The position numbers were made by a program, and so were the translations under genes. A stretch of DNA of 64,000 nucleotides from Phoronis australis (Eukaryota > Animalia > Phoronida), in the NCBI GenBank assembly GCA_002633005.1, contig NMRA01000040.1, positions 1,051,805 to 1,115,804 of the forward strand. Reading direction: 5' to 3'. Under the pieces are notes generated by a model. That model was not told the origin of the DNA. It saw only the letters and a program-made list of their open reading frames with translations, and searched no databases. This document shows positions 27,384 through 38,789 of the stretch, piece after piece (position 1 is the stretch's first letter; each line of letters opens with the position of its first letter).

Positions 27384-28601
27384 GTAGAGCTGCACTGCTT
27401 TTTGCACAGTTATTGACGCTATGTCGTGTTGACAATTCATGCCACTTGTCTTTCTTTGCTTTCTGAGATGCTTCTGTACAACAAGGTTTCTTCAATTTAG
27501 ACAATAGTTAGGAGGCAAATTGGAATTTCAAGAAAGTAGTTATTAGCTCGGCTTATGTAAAAACAGGGAAACTGTTAAGCTTTAGAAGCAGTGTGTTGCC
27601 AGCTTTTGGGAAACATGGCTTATTTTGGCTGTTGTGTTTTGTATGGAATTGAAGAAGCTTTACTGTTGTGTCAGTTACAGTCAAATGAAAATTTGTGCAA
27701 TGTTCTATTCAGGTCTTTTCAACATTGCAAGTTTTACGTTTAAATTGAACCTAAAATTTTGAGTGGAAGCAACGATAATCTTGAAGAAATGACATTCTTT
27801 CAAAAACATTGTGAAAGAAGCATCTTGGTGTTTCAAAGAAAATTTGATTAACATTGCACATTTAACCCTGCGCTTTTTGTTAAGTCATCTTGAAGCTTGT
27901 ACTTTGCCTCTCTCACTTCACCTTTGTATTTTGTCCAGGTTGCAAACTGCTATTGTAAACTTTGAGCGGTAGCATTGTTAGAAAGGAAATGACGAAACTT
28001 TTAACTAGCACTTTACAGTTATATTGGCATATATACACAACAGATACGTCAGACGTTGCATTGATGATGCTTCGCTGAAGTTAAGTGAAATGTTTAATAT
28101 GTATGCTTATACATGGACATGCAACTGATTCTTAAATGTTTTTGTGTATTTTCTTAGTAAAAAAACACTTGCTATGTTTTGGCATTGTGAGATTACCTTA
28201 AAAAAATATCCGACACTTAAGTACTTCACATTGACATCTCCAGCTGGTTGTTATGCAATGATTAAGTCAAAGTGCATTTGAGAAGTAACAATTATTAGTC
28301 AGGTGTATGTGAATATACAGTACTTGTACGGACATCGTAGCAGAGGGCAGGACACATGTTTTGATTTTTCAATTAGCTGGAGATGTTATGCAGCCTAAGT
28401 GTCATGGGATTCTCCACACCCACTGGACTAGCTGTTCTTCTATCCCAAAGTCTCTCATTTTCAACAGAAATCTAATAATATGAGAATTATTTTAAAACTG
28501 TAAGTGGGTTAAACTGTACTGGCTTTTGTTAGTCTTTGACAGAACATGCTACTCTTGGTAAACTTGTGTAATTGATCGGTTTTTGGTAATCACCATTGTA
28601 G

Positions 28602-28799
28602 GACCTTCCTATCAAGCGCGACCAGAATGGCTTTGAGCTGATCAATTCCATTCAGCTACCACCAGATGAGGAGGACATCTCTGAGTATAAGTTCAACAAG
28701 TTTGCCGCCACCTATTTCCAGAACAACGCCACACCCACATACATTCGGCGTGCTCTAAAGTCGTCGCTGCTGCCTCTGAAAAACGAGGGTGACCAGCTG
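28602..28799 (+). CDS. MYO7A: Myosin VIIa exon, start of MyTH4-1 (EEDISEYKFNKFAATYFQ...LLPL)
   Basis: ttgtAG / CTG|gtggg; not in the ORF track. Confidence 0.93.
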
Positions 28800-28879
28800 G
28801 TGGGTGTTTGGTTGCTGTTCTTTTTCTACACCAAATAGCAAACAGTAGCCTGTTGGCATTTAAAAAAAGAGTGCAGGTG

Positions 28880-29600
28880 GTCTGAGGTCTGATGTTTGCG
28901 GTGCATCAGACGTGCACGGGCCTCATGGTTGGGCCTATTACTCAAAACGTGTAAGCTGAAAATACGTAAGTCTCGTTATCGATCAGAGGTTCTTCGTTGA
29001 GGAAGTTTTCAAGTCTGGCTATCTCCTTTAGGAAAACAGACAGACTTTCCACAATATGTTGTAGGCATGTAACAGTGCCATCCAGTAGGTTACTCATTAG
29101 CCTATGAAATGCTGGTAAAGACTCTACCAGGTGTTTAGGTGTTTCAACGTCATTGCCACACTCAGGACACACTGGGCTTCCCATATGCACAGTAATGTGT
29201 CTGTGTCGGGCTACGATGCAGTGGCCCATCAAAATCTGAATGATGTGTCTTACGCCCAATCTAACAAGACTTTGATCATTTTGGGAAAATTCTCCTTGGT
29301 TTCTCTGTAGGATTTAAGCGATGCCCACCGGGCTGCTGACTGGGTATGTTGTGTAGACTCATCCTGCAACAGGATATTGGGACAGTAGGTTTACGTACAC
29401 AATGCTGAATGCTGGCTCCTATCTTTGCGAGTCTGTCTGCATTTTCATTGCTATCAATTCCCTCATGGGCCGTGACCCATTGTATATTGATGGTTCTTCA
29501 AATTGCAAGCCAGTTAACCTCATTGGCATTTGATTTGGTGTAAGATTTCTGTTTCCTAGATAATTGCTGGACTTTTTGCTGGGACAGAAAGATGGTAATT
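28880..29600 (-). mobile_element. 3' fragment of an RNase H-bearing LINE (I/Loa-like group)
   Basis: Minus strand gives QWVTAHEG...NENADRLAK (RNase H) and LMGHC...CPECGNDVETPKH (zinc knuckle); boundaries approximate. Confidence 0.75.
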
Positions 29601-29874
29601 GATTGTGATAAAAGAGTTACAGTCATATTTACATTTAGTAGTAAGTAATGTTTTGTTCTCGTAAAGGAGTACCGTCATGTTGGAATGTCCCCATGACCAT
29701 TTCATCTCAATTACCATGTGCATGTAATGTTTAGTGAAATGAGCCTCGTGTTTTTTAGGCTGTTTCTAAGGTTGAACTAAGTTTTTCAGCATAGATCTAC
29801 AGAAAAATAGGTGGACACTGATATTCAGTTTGTTCAGACTAAGCTGTGGTTGTAATTTCTGGTGCATGTTGCAG

Positions 29875-30054
29875 GCTGCTCTGGCTGTCTGGATCACAAT
29901 CTTGCGGTTCATGGGTGACTTGCCTGAGCCAAAGTACCACACAGCCATGTCTGAGAAGGACACCACCCCTGTTATGACAAAGATCTACTCGACACTGGGA
30001 CGTAAATTCAACAAGAAGGACCTCGAAGACGCCATGGCCATGAGCCAGGAGATT
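29875..30054 (+). CDS. MYO7A: Myosin VIIa exon, MyTH4-1 ([19 protein letters not shown])
   Basis: ttgcAG / ATT|gtaaa. Confidence 0.94.
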
Positions 30055-30267
30055 GTAAATACGGGAATTTGCTCTTTACGTGCTTAAGTGCAGTGCATTG
30101 AGAGTTCGAGAATGTGTATTTTTTTTCATATGTGGTGTATGCACCTTTGTGACTCGAATCTAACATTTCTGTGATCTGTGGACAAATAACTCTATATGAG
30201 TATATCCTGCCTTAACCTGTGTGTCAGTGTTTTCTCTGTGCTTAAAGACCTATTCATTCTCCTTCAG

Positions 30268-30491
30268 GAGAAGGAGCCCATTCCAGTCAAGGCAGGCAAG
30301 CGAAGCATGCGTAAGAAGCTAGTGTCGCTGACACTGAAGAAGAAGTCGAAGATCACTGAGGAGGTGGCCAACAAACTACGTGACGGGGAACACACGGGCA
30401 GTGGGAATGCTCTACTGGAGGACAGACCCACTTCGAACCTGGAGAAACTCCATTTTATCATAGGTCACGGGATACTGAGGCCTGACCTGAG
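30268..30491 (+). CDS. MYO7A: Myosin VIIa exon, MyTH4-1 ([12 protein letters not shown]...[18 protein letters not shown])
   Basis: ccttcAG / AG|gttag. Confidence 0.94.
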
Positions 30492-30859
30492 GTTAGTGCT
30501 TGGAAAGTTGAAAGATCTGTTGACAGGTCCAATGTGTGACAACTCTCTGATATAAAGGCCTGACCATTGCTGGTGGTAGAAAACACAAACTGTGGATCCT
30601 TGAACACTGGTAATGGCCTGTTGGTGAATAGGCCTGTATCAAACCATACACTTGGTTGATATGGGGAGTTAGGCCTTCATGTGAGTGGTGACGGATTGTT
30701 ATCTTTGTTTATGTATGATAGTAATGAAACTTTGCATGGGATTTTAAAATTTTCATGAATTTTCAGCTCAATTATTTGCCGTCTATGATGTCAGCCTAGA
30801 ATATATGCGATTTTTCTAGAGAGCCAGACATTTTTGTTAACTGCTGTGTTTTGTTCCAG

Positions 30860-30977
30860 AGACGAGATCTACTGCCAGATTTGCAAACAACTGACGCAGA
30901 ACCAGTCCAAGAGTAGCCACGCTCGTGGATGGATCCTGCTCTCACTCTGTGTTGGATGCTTTGCAGCTTCAGAAAAG
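30860..30977 (+). CDS. MYO7A: Myosin VIIa exon, MyTH4-1 ([13 protein letters not shown]...[13 protein letters not shown])
   Basis: ttccAG / AAG|gttag; MyTH4 signature. Confidence 0.95.
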
Positions 30978-31079
30978 GTTAGCTTGGGATGTCACCTTTT
31001 TTCTTTTCTGATGCTCACTTGGTGTCGGTTAATACTCCTATCATCTGCCTCCTTGGTTATCCTGAAATACCTGTGTTGC

Positions 31080-31513
31080 TGTTATGCATGAACTTGGAAT
31101 CCTGCTTAATCTCAAAATTAAGCAGAAGCGAGTGTTGCGTGAACTTGGAATTGAATATTCTTTAAGGCAAAAAGGTGAAGTTTTTGTTCGGTGAAAAGAA
31201 TTTTTGTAATTATTGGCCTCGAGATCAACCATTTTCTCTTTTACCGTAACTTGTGTCGCTGAACCGAAGGAATATGTGAATGGCTGAATCGATCATTGGT
31301 TGGTGAAACTGATCGCCCATAGTTGAAAAGGTTGGTTAAAATTGACATTATTTTATTCAAGTGTAACTTGATTTAGTGCAGTGCAAATTCTTATGAACAT
31401 GAACATGGTTATTTGAATGAACTTGACAAATTGCTTTGCATATTCCAAGTTCACGCAACACTCACTTCTGCTTAATCTTGAGATTAAGCAGGATTGTAAG
31501 TTCACGCACAACA
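31080..31513. mobile_element. Ginger-like MITE (TGT...ACA, ~70-bp TIR, 4-bp TSD TTGC)
   Basis: TGTTATGCATGAACTT / AAGTTCACGCACAACA; TTGC at 31076-31079 and 31514-31517. Confidence 0.65.
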
Positions 31514-31640
31514 TTGCTGCCTTGTTATACTGTTACCCACTGCATGATACATATACATGCTATACTAAAAAGAATATTCCTTCCTTCTGCTGTTTTATGA
31601 GAGAGAAGTATAAATCTGCCGGGCATTACCCCGGAACCCA

Positions 31641-33180
31641 TTTTTATGCGCCCACATATTTATATGTGGACGCATTATGCCATCATCTCCGTCCGTCCGT
31701 CTGTCCGTCCGGGCGGCGTTCGTCCGGCGTCCACTGCTTTATCTCCAAAACCCTTTGACATATGTCCATGAAATTTGGCACATATGTTTCATTCATGAAT
31801 GGGACGGCATGTGCGAACTTTCGGACGAATCCGACTACCGGTGTGCCCCCTAGTGGCAATTTTAGTTTTTTATGCTTACCTTTCTTTCTTCAAAAGTCCT
31901 GAACGGATTTTCATGAAATTTGGTATATAGGCACCTATTAGTGAGATGACGCGATCCTCCCGTTTTCAGATGGATTCGACATAGTTTGTGCCACCTAATG
32001 GCCATTTTTAGTGTTTTCGAGTCTGTTTTTGTGCGTCCACCCCTCTATCAACCAAACCGCTCAAAGGATGATTGTGAAAATTGGCATGTATATGCTTACT
32101 ATGTAGAGGACGGTTGACGATGCTTTTCCGATGATTTCAACTACTGTGGCGCCTCCTAGTGGCAGTTGTTTTTTTTGCGCCTATGGCTGTATCTCCTAAA
32201 CCGTTCGTAGGATATTAACGAAATTGTGTAAGTATATTTATATGATGTTAACAACAGAAGATGACGAATTTTGGACAGATCCGACTACCGGTGTGCTCTC
32301 TAGTGGGAATTTTAGTTTTTTACGCTTACCGTTGTATCTTCAAAAGTCCTGAATGGATTTTCATGAAATTTGGTATGTAGGCACCTATTAGTGAGATGAC
32401 GCTATCCTCCCGTTTTCATATGAATTCGACATAGTTTGCCCCACCTAGTGGCCATTTTTACTGTTTTCGAGTCTGTATTTTTGCGTCCACCCCTCTATCA
32501 ACCAAACCGCTCAAAGGATGATTGTGAAAATTGGCGTGTATGTGCTTACTATAAGGAAGACAGCTGACAATGATTTTCAGACGATTTGGACTACTGTGGC
32601 GCCTCCTAGTGGCAGTTTTGTTTTTTTGCGCCCATGGCTGTATCTCCCAAACCGTTTGCAGGATCTTTACTAAATTTAGCAAGTGTATTTATGTGATGTT
32701 GACAACGGACGATGACGACTTTAGGATGATTCTGATTACCGGTATGCCTCTAGTGGCAATTTTAGTATTTGCCTCTAGTGGCAATTTTAGTATTTTACAT
32801 TGACCTCTGTATTTTCATAGGTCTTCAGGTGTATACTTTGTGTTACTTCGTGACTGTGAAGGAAAAGTTCCAAGTAGAAATTTGTTTCTGGCATTCTAAT
32901 GCTGTGCTAATCTCGTATGTTGGTAAATTTGTTTTTAATTCTATGTTTCTGTGGTGCTTTAAGCAACTGATGTATAGGATGTGCTTGTATTATGAAGATC
33001 ACTCACATTTTGCCCCTAGCCTATTGAGGAGACAATGACCATGCCTTTCCATTTTGCAAAGTACAACATACTACATATATGCCCTCTACTGGCCACTTTA
33101 TGGTACCAATAAACAACCCTAGAAGGATAGCGTATACGGTGCAATTGTGGGTGCATTTTAACGCTCTGCGTTGCTCTTGT
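31641..33180 (+). mobile_element. HINE family A, copy 2
   Basis: 5' palindrome GCGCCCACATATTTATATGTGGACGC; (GTCC/GTCT)n; 450-bp higher-order repeat; 3' AACGC-TCT-GCGTT hairpin + GCTCTTGT. Confidence 0.8.
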
Positions 33181-34491
33181 TATATGTGGCCCCGTATTGC
33201 CGTCATCTCTGTCTGGGCGTCTGGCGTCCGACGTCCGCGGCTGTATCTCCTAAGCCCCTTGCAGGATCGTATTGAAATTTGGCTGGTGTGTTCCTATGGG
33301 GTCTACAACAGAGGGCGACGAGTTTCGGACCGACCTGAATACCGCTGTGTCCCCTAGTGGCAATTTTAGTTTTTTACGTTTGCCTCTGTATCTTCCAAGG
33401 TCTTCAACCGATTTTCATGAAATTTGGTATGTAGGCATCTATTTATGAGTTGATGCTATCTTCCCGTTTTCAGATTGCTTCGATGGATTTTGCTCCATCT
33501 AGTGGCCATTTTTAATATTTTCGAGTCTTTTTTTGGCGTCCGCCCCTCTAACAACCAAACCACTCTAATGATGATTGTGAAAATTGGCATGTATGGTCTT
33601 ACTATGAAGAATACAGTTGACGATGATTTTCCGATGACTTCGACTACTGTAGCGCCTCCTAGTGGCCGTTTTGTTTGTTTTTGCGCCCATGGCTGTATCT
33701 CCTAAACGCTCTACAGGATCTTTATTAAATTTAGCAAAATATAAAATTGACAACAGACGACGACGACTTTCGGACAGATCAGTCTACCGGTGTGCCCCCT
33801 AGTGGCAATTTTAGTTTTTTACGTTTATTGCTGTATCTTCAAAGGTACTCAACAGATTTCCATAAAATTTGGCACATAGACATCCATTTGTGAGTTGACG
33901 CTAGCCATTCATCTTCGGATTGATTCAACGTTTTTACGCCACTTAGTGGCCATTTTTGTTGTTTTTGAGTCTGTTTTGTGGCGTCCGTCCCTCTGTCAAC
34001 CAAACCGCTCTAAGGATTATTGTGAAAGTTGGCATGTATGTACTTTCTATGAAGGGGACGGTTGCCGATGATTTTCTGATGACTTCGACTACTGTGGCAC
34101 CTCCTAGTGGCGGTTTTGTTTTATTTGCACCCCTACCTATATCTCCTAAGCCCTCTGCAGGATCTTTATTGAATTTAGCACATGTATTTAAATGAAGTTA
34201 ACAAGAGAGGATGACGACTTTTAGACTGATTCGATGAACACTGTGCCTGTAGTGGCAATTTCGTTTTTTTTTTGTTTCCCCCTGTTTCTCTGAAGTTCCT
34301 CGGCGAATTTTAATTAAAGTTGGTAAATGGCATTCTTTTAAAGAAACGGTGACATTTTTTTTGGTTTTCAGACGGATTCAATGTATTTTGCACCATCTGT
34401 TGGTCATTTTAATGACACAAATAAACAACCCTAAAAGCACACCATTTGTGATTCATTCGTGGGTGCATTTCAACGCTCTGCGTTGCTCTTG
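33181..34491 (+). mobile_element. HINE family A, copy 3 (head-to-tail with copy 2)
   Basis: Begins directly after the 3' end of copy 2; ends GTGGGTGCATTTCAACGCTCTGCGTTGCTCTTG, 12 bp before an exon. Confidence 0.8.
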
Positions 34492-34503
34492 TGTTAATTT
34501 CAG

Positions 34504-34632
34504 TTCATGAAATACCTACGCTGCTTCATCAGCGAAGGTCCACCAGGTTATGCTCCCTACTGTGAGGAAAGGCTTAGGCGAACGTTTGCCAATGGCACGA
34601 GGAATCAGCCTCCAAGCTGGCTAGAGCTCCAG
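34504..34632 (+). CDS. MYO7A: Myosin VIIa exon, MyTH4-1 end (FMKYLRCFI...[14 protein letters not shown])
   Basis: tttcAG / CAG|gtaca; not in the ORF track. Confidence 0.94.
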
Positions 34633-34649
34633 GTACATCATTACATCAT

Positions 34650-35840
34650 TACTTAGCGAAATAAATTTCGCCAAGTATGTTGCTCTGTCACTAAGTTTTT
34701 TTTCTGTTCGCACTCTAAAGGTCGCAATTTTGGTCCGATCCTAACAAAATTTACATTCAACATGTAGTTTCAGTAACTGGAAGCCTAATATAATTTTTTT
34801 TGTCATATTCGGATCCAAGATGGCAGATGTGGCGGCCATTTTGTTTTCATGTTAAGATTCAAATGCTCCTGGAGGCTATAATTGTTTACGTACAGAGCTG
34901 AAAATGGGTACAATTATTGGACCAGGCATGCACTACATGTGTACCAGAAATTGTTTACTTCCGGTTCAAGGTGGCTGAAATATTGGCAATTGCACATGCG
35001 CATCTCTATTTTGGGCTACAAACGTTTTCTCCGGTAGAGGACGCATTATAGGACCAATTTTTTCAGGTATTAGTTTCTTATGACATGCTATTATTCAGAG
35101 CTAAAAAAACGGAAGTTGCTTTCAAGATGGGGGATCTGGCGCATGTTGACCTATTTTCAGTCGTGCTGGGGTGCCATGATAAACGGGAAGAGAAAACGAC
35201 GTGAATTTTTGCATGTGGATTCTCCGGGGTATACCTTTAAAATGAACTGTAACAATTTTATTTCAGACTTTCCGTTTTCGAGTTATTTGACTTTGAATTT
35301 CAAAAAAATACAAAATTTCCATGTTTTCAAAAAATCTACGGAATTTTGCGGAACTATGAATTTAAATACAGTTTTGAATGGGCTTTCAGAAGATATTTTC
35401 CATTTTTTGCTAGGACGTGTACTTTTTGAATTATTAGAGATTTTCTGATAGCGCTGTTCCTTTGTTGAGAGCTCTTGCTGCATTGATGTTGGTTTATCTT
35501 CTATTGAACAAGACTGTAGCCTACTTCTTACTGATTTATGACATCTAAGTTCGTCATATGAATGTTATGATGTTGTTCATCATTGCCACCATCATCATAT
35601 TCGTCATCTTTGTCATCATATCCGTCGTCATCTTTTCAGTTAATTTCGCCAAGTGTTGCACAAGACTGCAGCCTATTTCTTACTGATTTCTGACCTCTAC
35701 GTTCGTCATATGAATGTTATCATTACTTGTATTGTTCATCATCGCCACCATCAGGGTCATGTTCATCATCTTCGTTATCATCTCTATCGTCGTCTTTTCT
35801 GTTACTTTCGCCAAGTTTCGCTCCTCGGAGCACTTTCATT
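34650..35840 (+). mobile_element. HINE-like family B element
   Basis: 5' ACTTAGCGAAAT-AA-ATTTCGCCAAGT palindrome; 3' TTTCGCCAAGT followed by GCTCC-TC-GGAGC hairpin; degenerate (CAT)n. Confidence 0.6.
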
Positions 35841-36305
35841 AACTTAATCACTGTTGGGAGGGGCAACAATAATAGTTCTGATTTAATTCAGGCTTCTCGT
35901 TTATGCTAGTAGAGACTCTTTACATGACTGTTGGTCACGGAACACATTAATTGGTATTTGCCAATCATTTCTTGTGGAAATTTTGTTTTGTTCACCAAAC
36001 CATAGGTTTGAACTAGCAAGTTTATTTGAAAAAGAATTATTCAAAGTTCAGGACTCAAACTTCTGTCAGTATTTTAGTTAAATTTCTAGTAAGGCAGGAA
36101 GTGTTCACATGGAAAAGCTATATAATTTTATATGGAATATAATTTATGGTAGTCACAATTGTGTTTTCTTCTTATTTAGATAAGAATTAAAAGTTTTAAA
36201 AAGTTGAAGCATGCACACACTGTAGCCATTAGTGTTTTACTGCTTTAAGAAGGAATTACATGCAGACTTGGTCATCAGTTATGACTTACTATTTACACTA
36301 CTCAG

Positions 36306-36479
36306 GCAACCAAGTCAAAGCGCCCCCTGATGTTGCCCATCACCTTCATGGACGGCAATACCAAGACCCTGGTGGCGGACTCAGCAACTACAGCGCGTGA
36401 GCTATGCAAACAGCTGGCTGACAAAATCCAACTACAAGATCAGTTTGGATTTTCACTCTACATTGCATTGTTTGACAAG
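36306..36479 (+). CDS. MYO7A: Myosin VIIa exon, FERM-1 F1 lobe
   Basis: ctcAG / AAG|gtttg; TFMDG...DSATTARE...[12 protein letters not shown]. Confidence 0.95.
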
Positions 36480-36635
36480 GTTTGCAGTTTTGTTTGTGTT
36501 TTGAGTTCTGGGGAATAATATGTGTTCAGAGTTGATACCATGCATGCCTTAAATGTAGCTAGTTGAATTCGATATCCTGAATTACTCGCACAAACGATTG
36601 TCTCAATAACAAATAAGTAAAGAAAACGTATTACA

Positions 36636-36679
36636 ATAGCTAACATGTTTCAACAGCACCACTGTCATTTTCAAGACTA
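36636..36679 (-). ncRNA. Minimal type I hammerhead-like motif (U3-A8 variant) in a Penelope-like end
   Basis: Minus strand TAGTC TTGAAAA T GACAG-TGGTG-CTGTT GAAAC AT GTT AGCTA. Confidence 0.5.
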
Positions 36680-36702
36680 AGAAGATATGGTTGCCCTAAT
36701 AC

Positions 36703-37911
36703 ATACACACAACGTACTGAGAGTGTTGTACATGAAGTAATATACCATGGGACATTATTCCGCATATCGACCGAGACCGGAATAAGGTCGAGTGGGATAT
36801 TACTTCATGTACGCCAATCGAGGTACATTTTGTATTTATCCCATACGCTTCAAATTCCTAAGTTTCTTACATGTTTTCGGCAGATTTTTCAAATACTTCA
36901 CTCAGACTGTTCATGTGGCGGATCACATCCTATATGTATGTACTTGCTCGTTAGGTTGCAAGTTTTCTCTTGTAAAAGAAACGATTTATTTCTTGAAAGG
37001 AGGTAACAAAGATAAAAACAACAGCAACTGTCCAGTGAACTTGTAACATCTCCTGGAAATAGTTAAGAAACAACAATATTTGAATTATAGTTTCCTAGGA
37101 ATCGGCTCCTGAGTTGCAAACGAAATAGTATTCAGCAATTGAAAACTGAGACATAAATGTCATATAATTAACCAGGGCTTGGAATTTTCTGCGGAAACGC
37201 AGATTTCCGCTTTTTTCAAATGTTCTGTCCGCGTATTTTATTATATTTCCGCATAAAAAATCGGATTTGATATTAAATTTCCGCGGCAAATTTCTTTCTT
37301 ACCGCGGCGTTGCCGACGACTTTCACCTCGAAAAGCGGAAGTTGCTCTTTATGTTTCGGAGGAACTTGAATTGTCACCATTGCCAAGGCACCTGGGATAG
37401 CGTCTCGTGAGATTGTAAATCGCGGTGACAAATACTACGACTCTGCAGCCAAAAGTGTGTGGAGGTGGGAGTGGACGGACGAGCTAAAAAGACGCAGACG
37501 CAAGCTTCTGGAGGTGGTACCTTTTTTGTAGTCCTCCCGATGTTATATCGGCAAAAGGTCCAGATCGAGCCCCCCATTTTTCAAGGTTGAGTGCGCGCGT
37601 GTTTAGGGCTGTAAAAATTTCCACTTTTTTGTCATGGGTCATTCCAAGCCCTGATTAACAGTTTTGTTCCAGATTTTACGTTTAGGGCCTGGTTGCATGT
37701 TGAGTGTTAGTTGCACTGCTGCAACTGTATTACTTTAAACTATATTTAGAAAGTTTGATGATTGATCGGGCTGAAGTCGTCGAGTCGACATTGACCTACC
37801 TTTTGAATTTTCCATGTCAGAGGTCACTGTTGAAGTAGTGCGGGAGGTGAATATGGAAAACTTTATTACATGGCCGTATTTCCCTCGACAGTTTCAACGC
37901 GTATGGGATAA
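36703..37911 (+). mobile_element. Hairpin-headed (Crypton-like) element, copy 2, interrupted by a MITE
   Basis: Colinear with 14577-15269 once 37173-37653 and one ATTAAC are removed. Confidence 0.65.
37173..37653 (+). mobile_element. MITE, CAGGGCTTGGAAT TIR, 6-bp TSD ATTAAC
   Basis: Perfect 13-bp TIR; the empty site (tgattaacagtt) is seen in copy 1 near 15010. Confidence 0.88.
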
Positions 37912-38074
37912 AGTCTTTAACATCACTGAACATGTGTCTGATATAAGCCTACAGGTTACTCATTACAGTATGTCACTGTACATGTAAGACTGTGATTCCA
38001 CATTTTGTGACATGTCTTGCTTCTGCAGGTTTTCTCAATTTACTAACATCCTATGTTAGGACAACCATATATTC

Positions 38075-38119
38075 ATAGTCTTGAAAATGACAGTGGAGCT
38101 GTCGAAACATGTTGGTTAT
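38075..38119 (+). ncRNA. Minimal type I hammerhead-like motif (U3-A8 variant) in a Penelope-like end
   Basis: ATAGTC TTGAAAA T GACAG-TGGAG-CTGTC GAAAC AT GTT GGTTAT. Confidence 0.55.
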
Positions 38120-38561
38120 TGCATTATATGTTATTTCCTTTATTCATTTGTTGCTAGTTGGATTATGGTGTCATAATCAAAAGTTGTGATCGCGATTACA
38201 ATTCACTCATGATTTACTGAGATTACAGAAAGTGTCCTTGACTTTGTTGCTTTCCAAAGTCAAACTTATAATTAACACACCAACGTACTCACAGGCACAA
38301 ATCCCAACTTTCGAAAGTTTCCGTCTCGTACACCCATTGCACAATTAAACTATGAATTGCCTGAAACTGAACAAAAGGTTTACTTTATCAGCACTATTCT
38401 GGCATCTGTCCACTTATGTTTTGCTTTCCTGGTTTTGTTTCAAATTGGTAATAATTTGCCTTTTAATGCAGCTATTATTTTGATATGCTGCTCCTATAGT
38501 AGTAAGGTACTGTGTTTGAAAAACACCTCTCATTCACCATGTACTTCTGTGATCTCATAAG

Positions 38562-38789
38562 GTGTCCTCCTTGGGAAGTGGTGGCGACCATGTGATGGAT
38601 GCTATATCTCAGTGTGAGCAATACGCAAAAGAACAAGGTGCGCAAGAGCGCAATGCCCCTTGGCGGCTGTTCTTCCGCAAAGAGATATTTGCCCCATGGC
38701 ATGATCCTGCTGAGGACTCTGTGGCCAGCAATCTTATCTACCAACAAGTTGTGCGAGGGATCAAGTTTGGGGAATACAGGTGTGATAAG
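38562..38789 (+). CDS. MYO7A: Myosin VIIa exon, FERM-1 ([20 protein letters not shown]...GEYRCDK)
   Basis: ataAG / AAG|gtact. Confidence 0.95.

Noticed and set aside
31641-34491. Regularly spaced CCTAGTGGC motifs as a CRISPR array
   Set aside because: The intervening sequences recur every 450 bp (higher-order tandem repeat) rather than being unique spacers.
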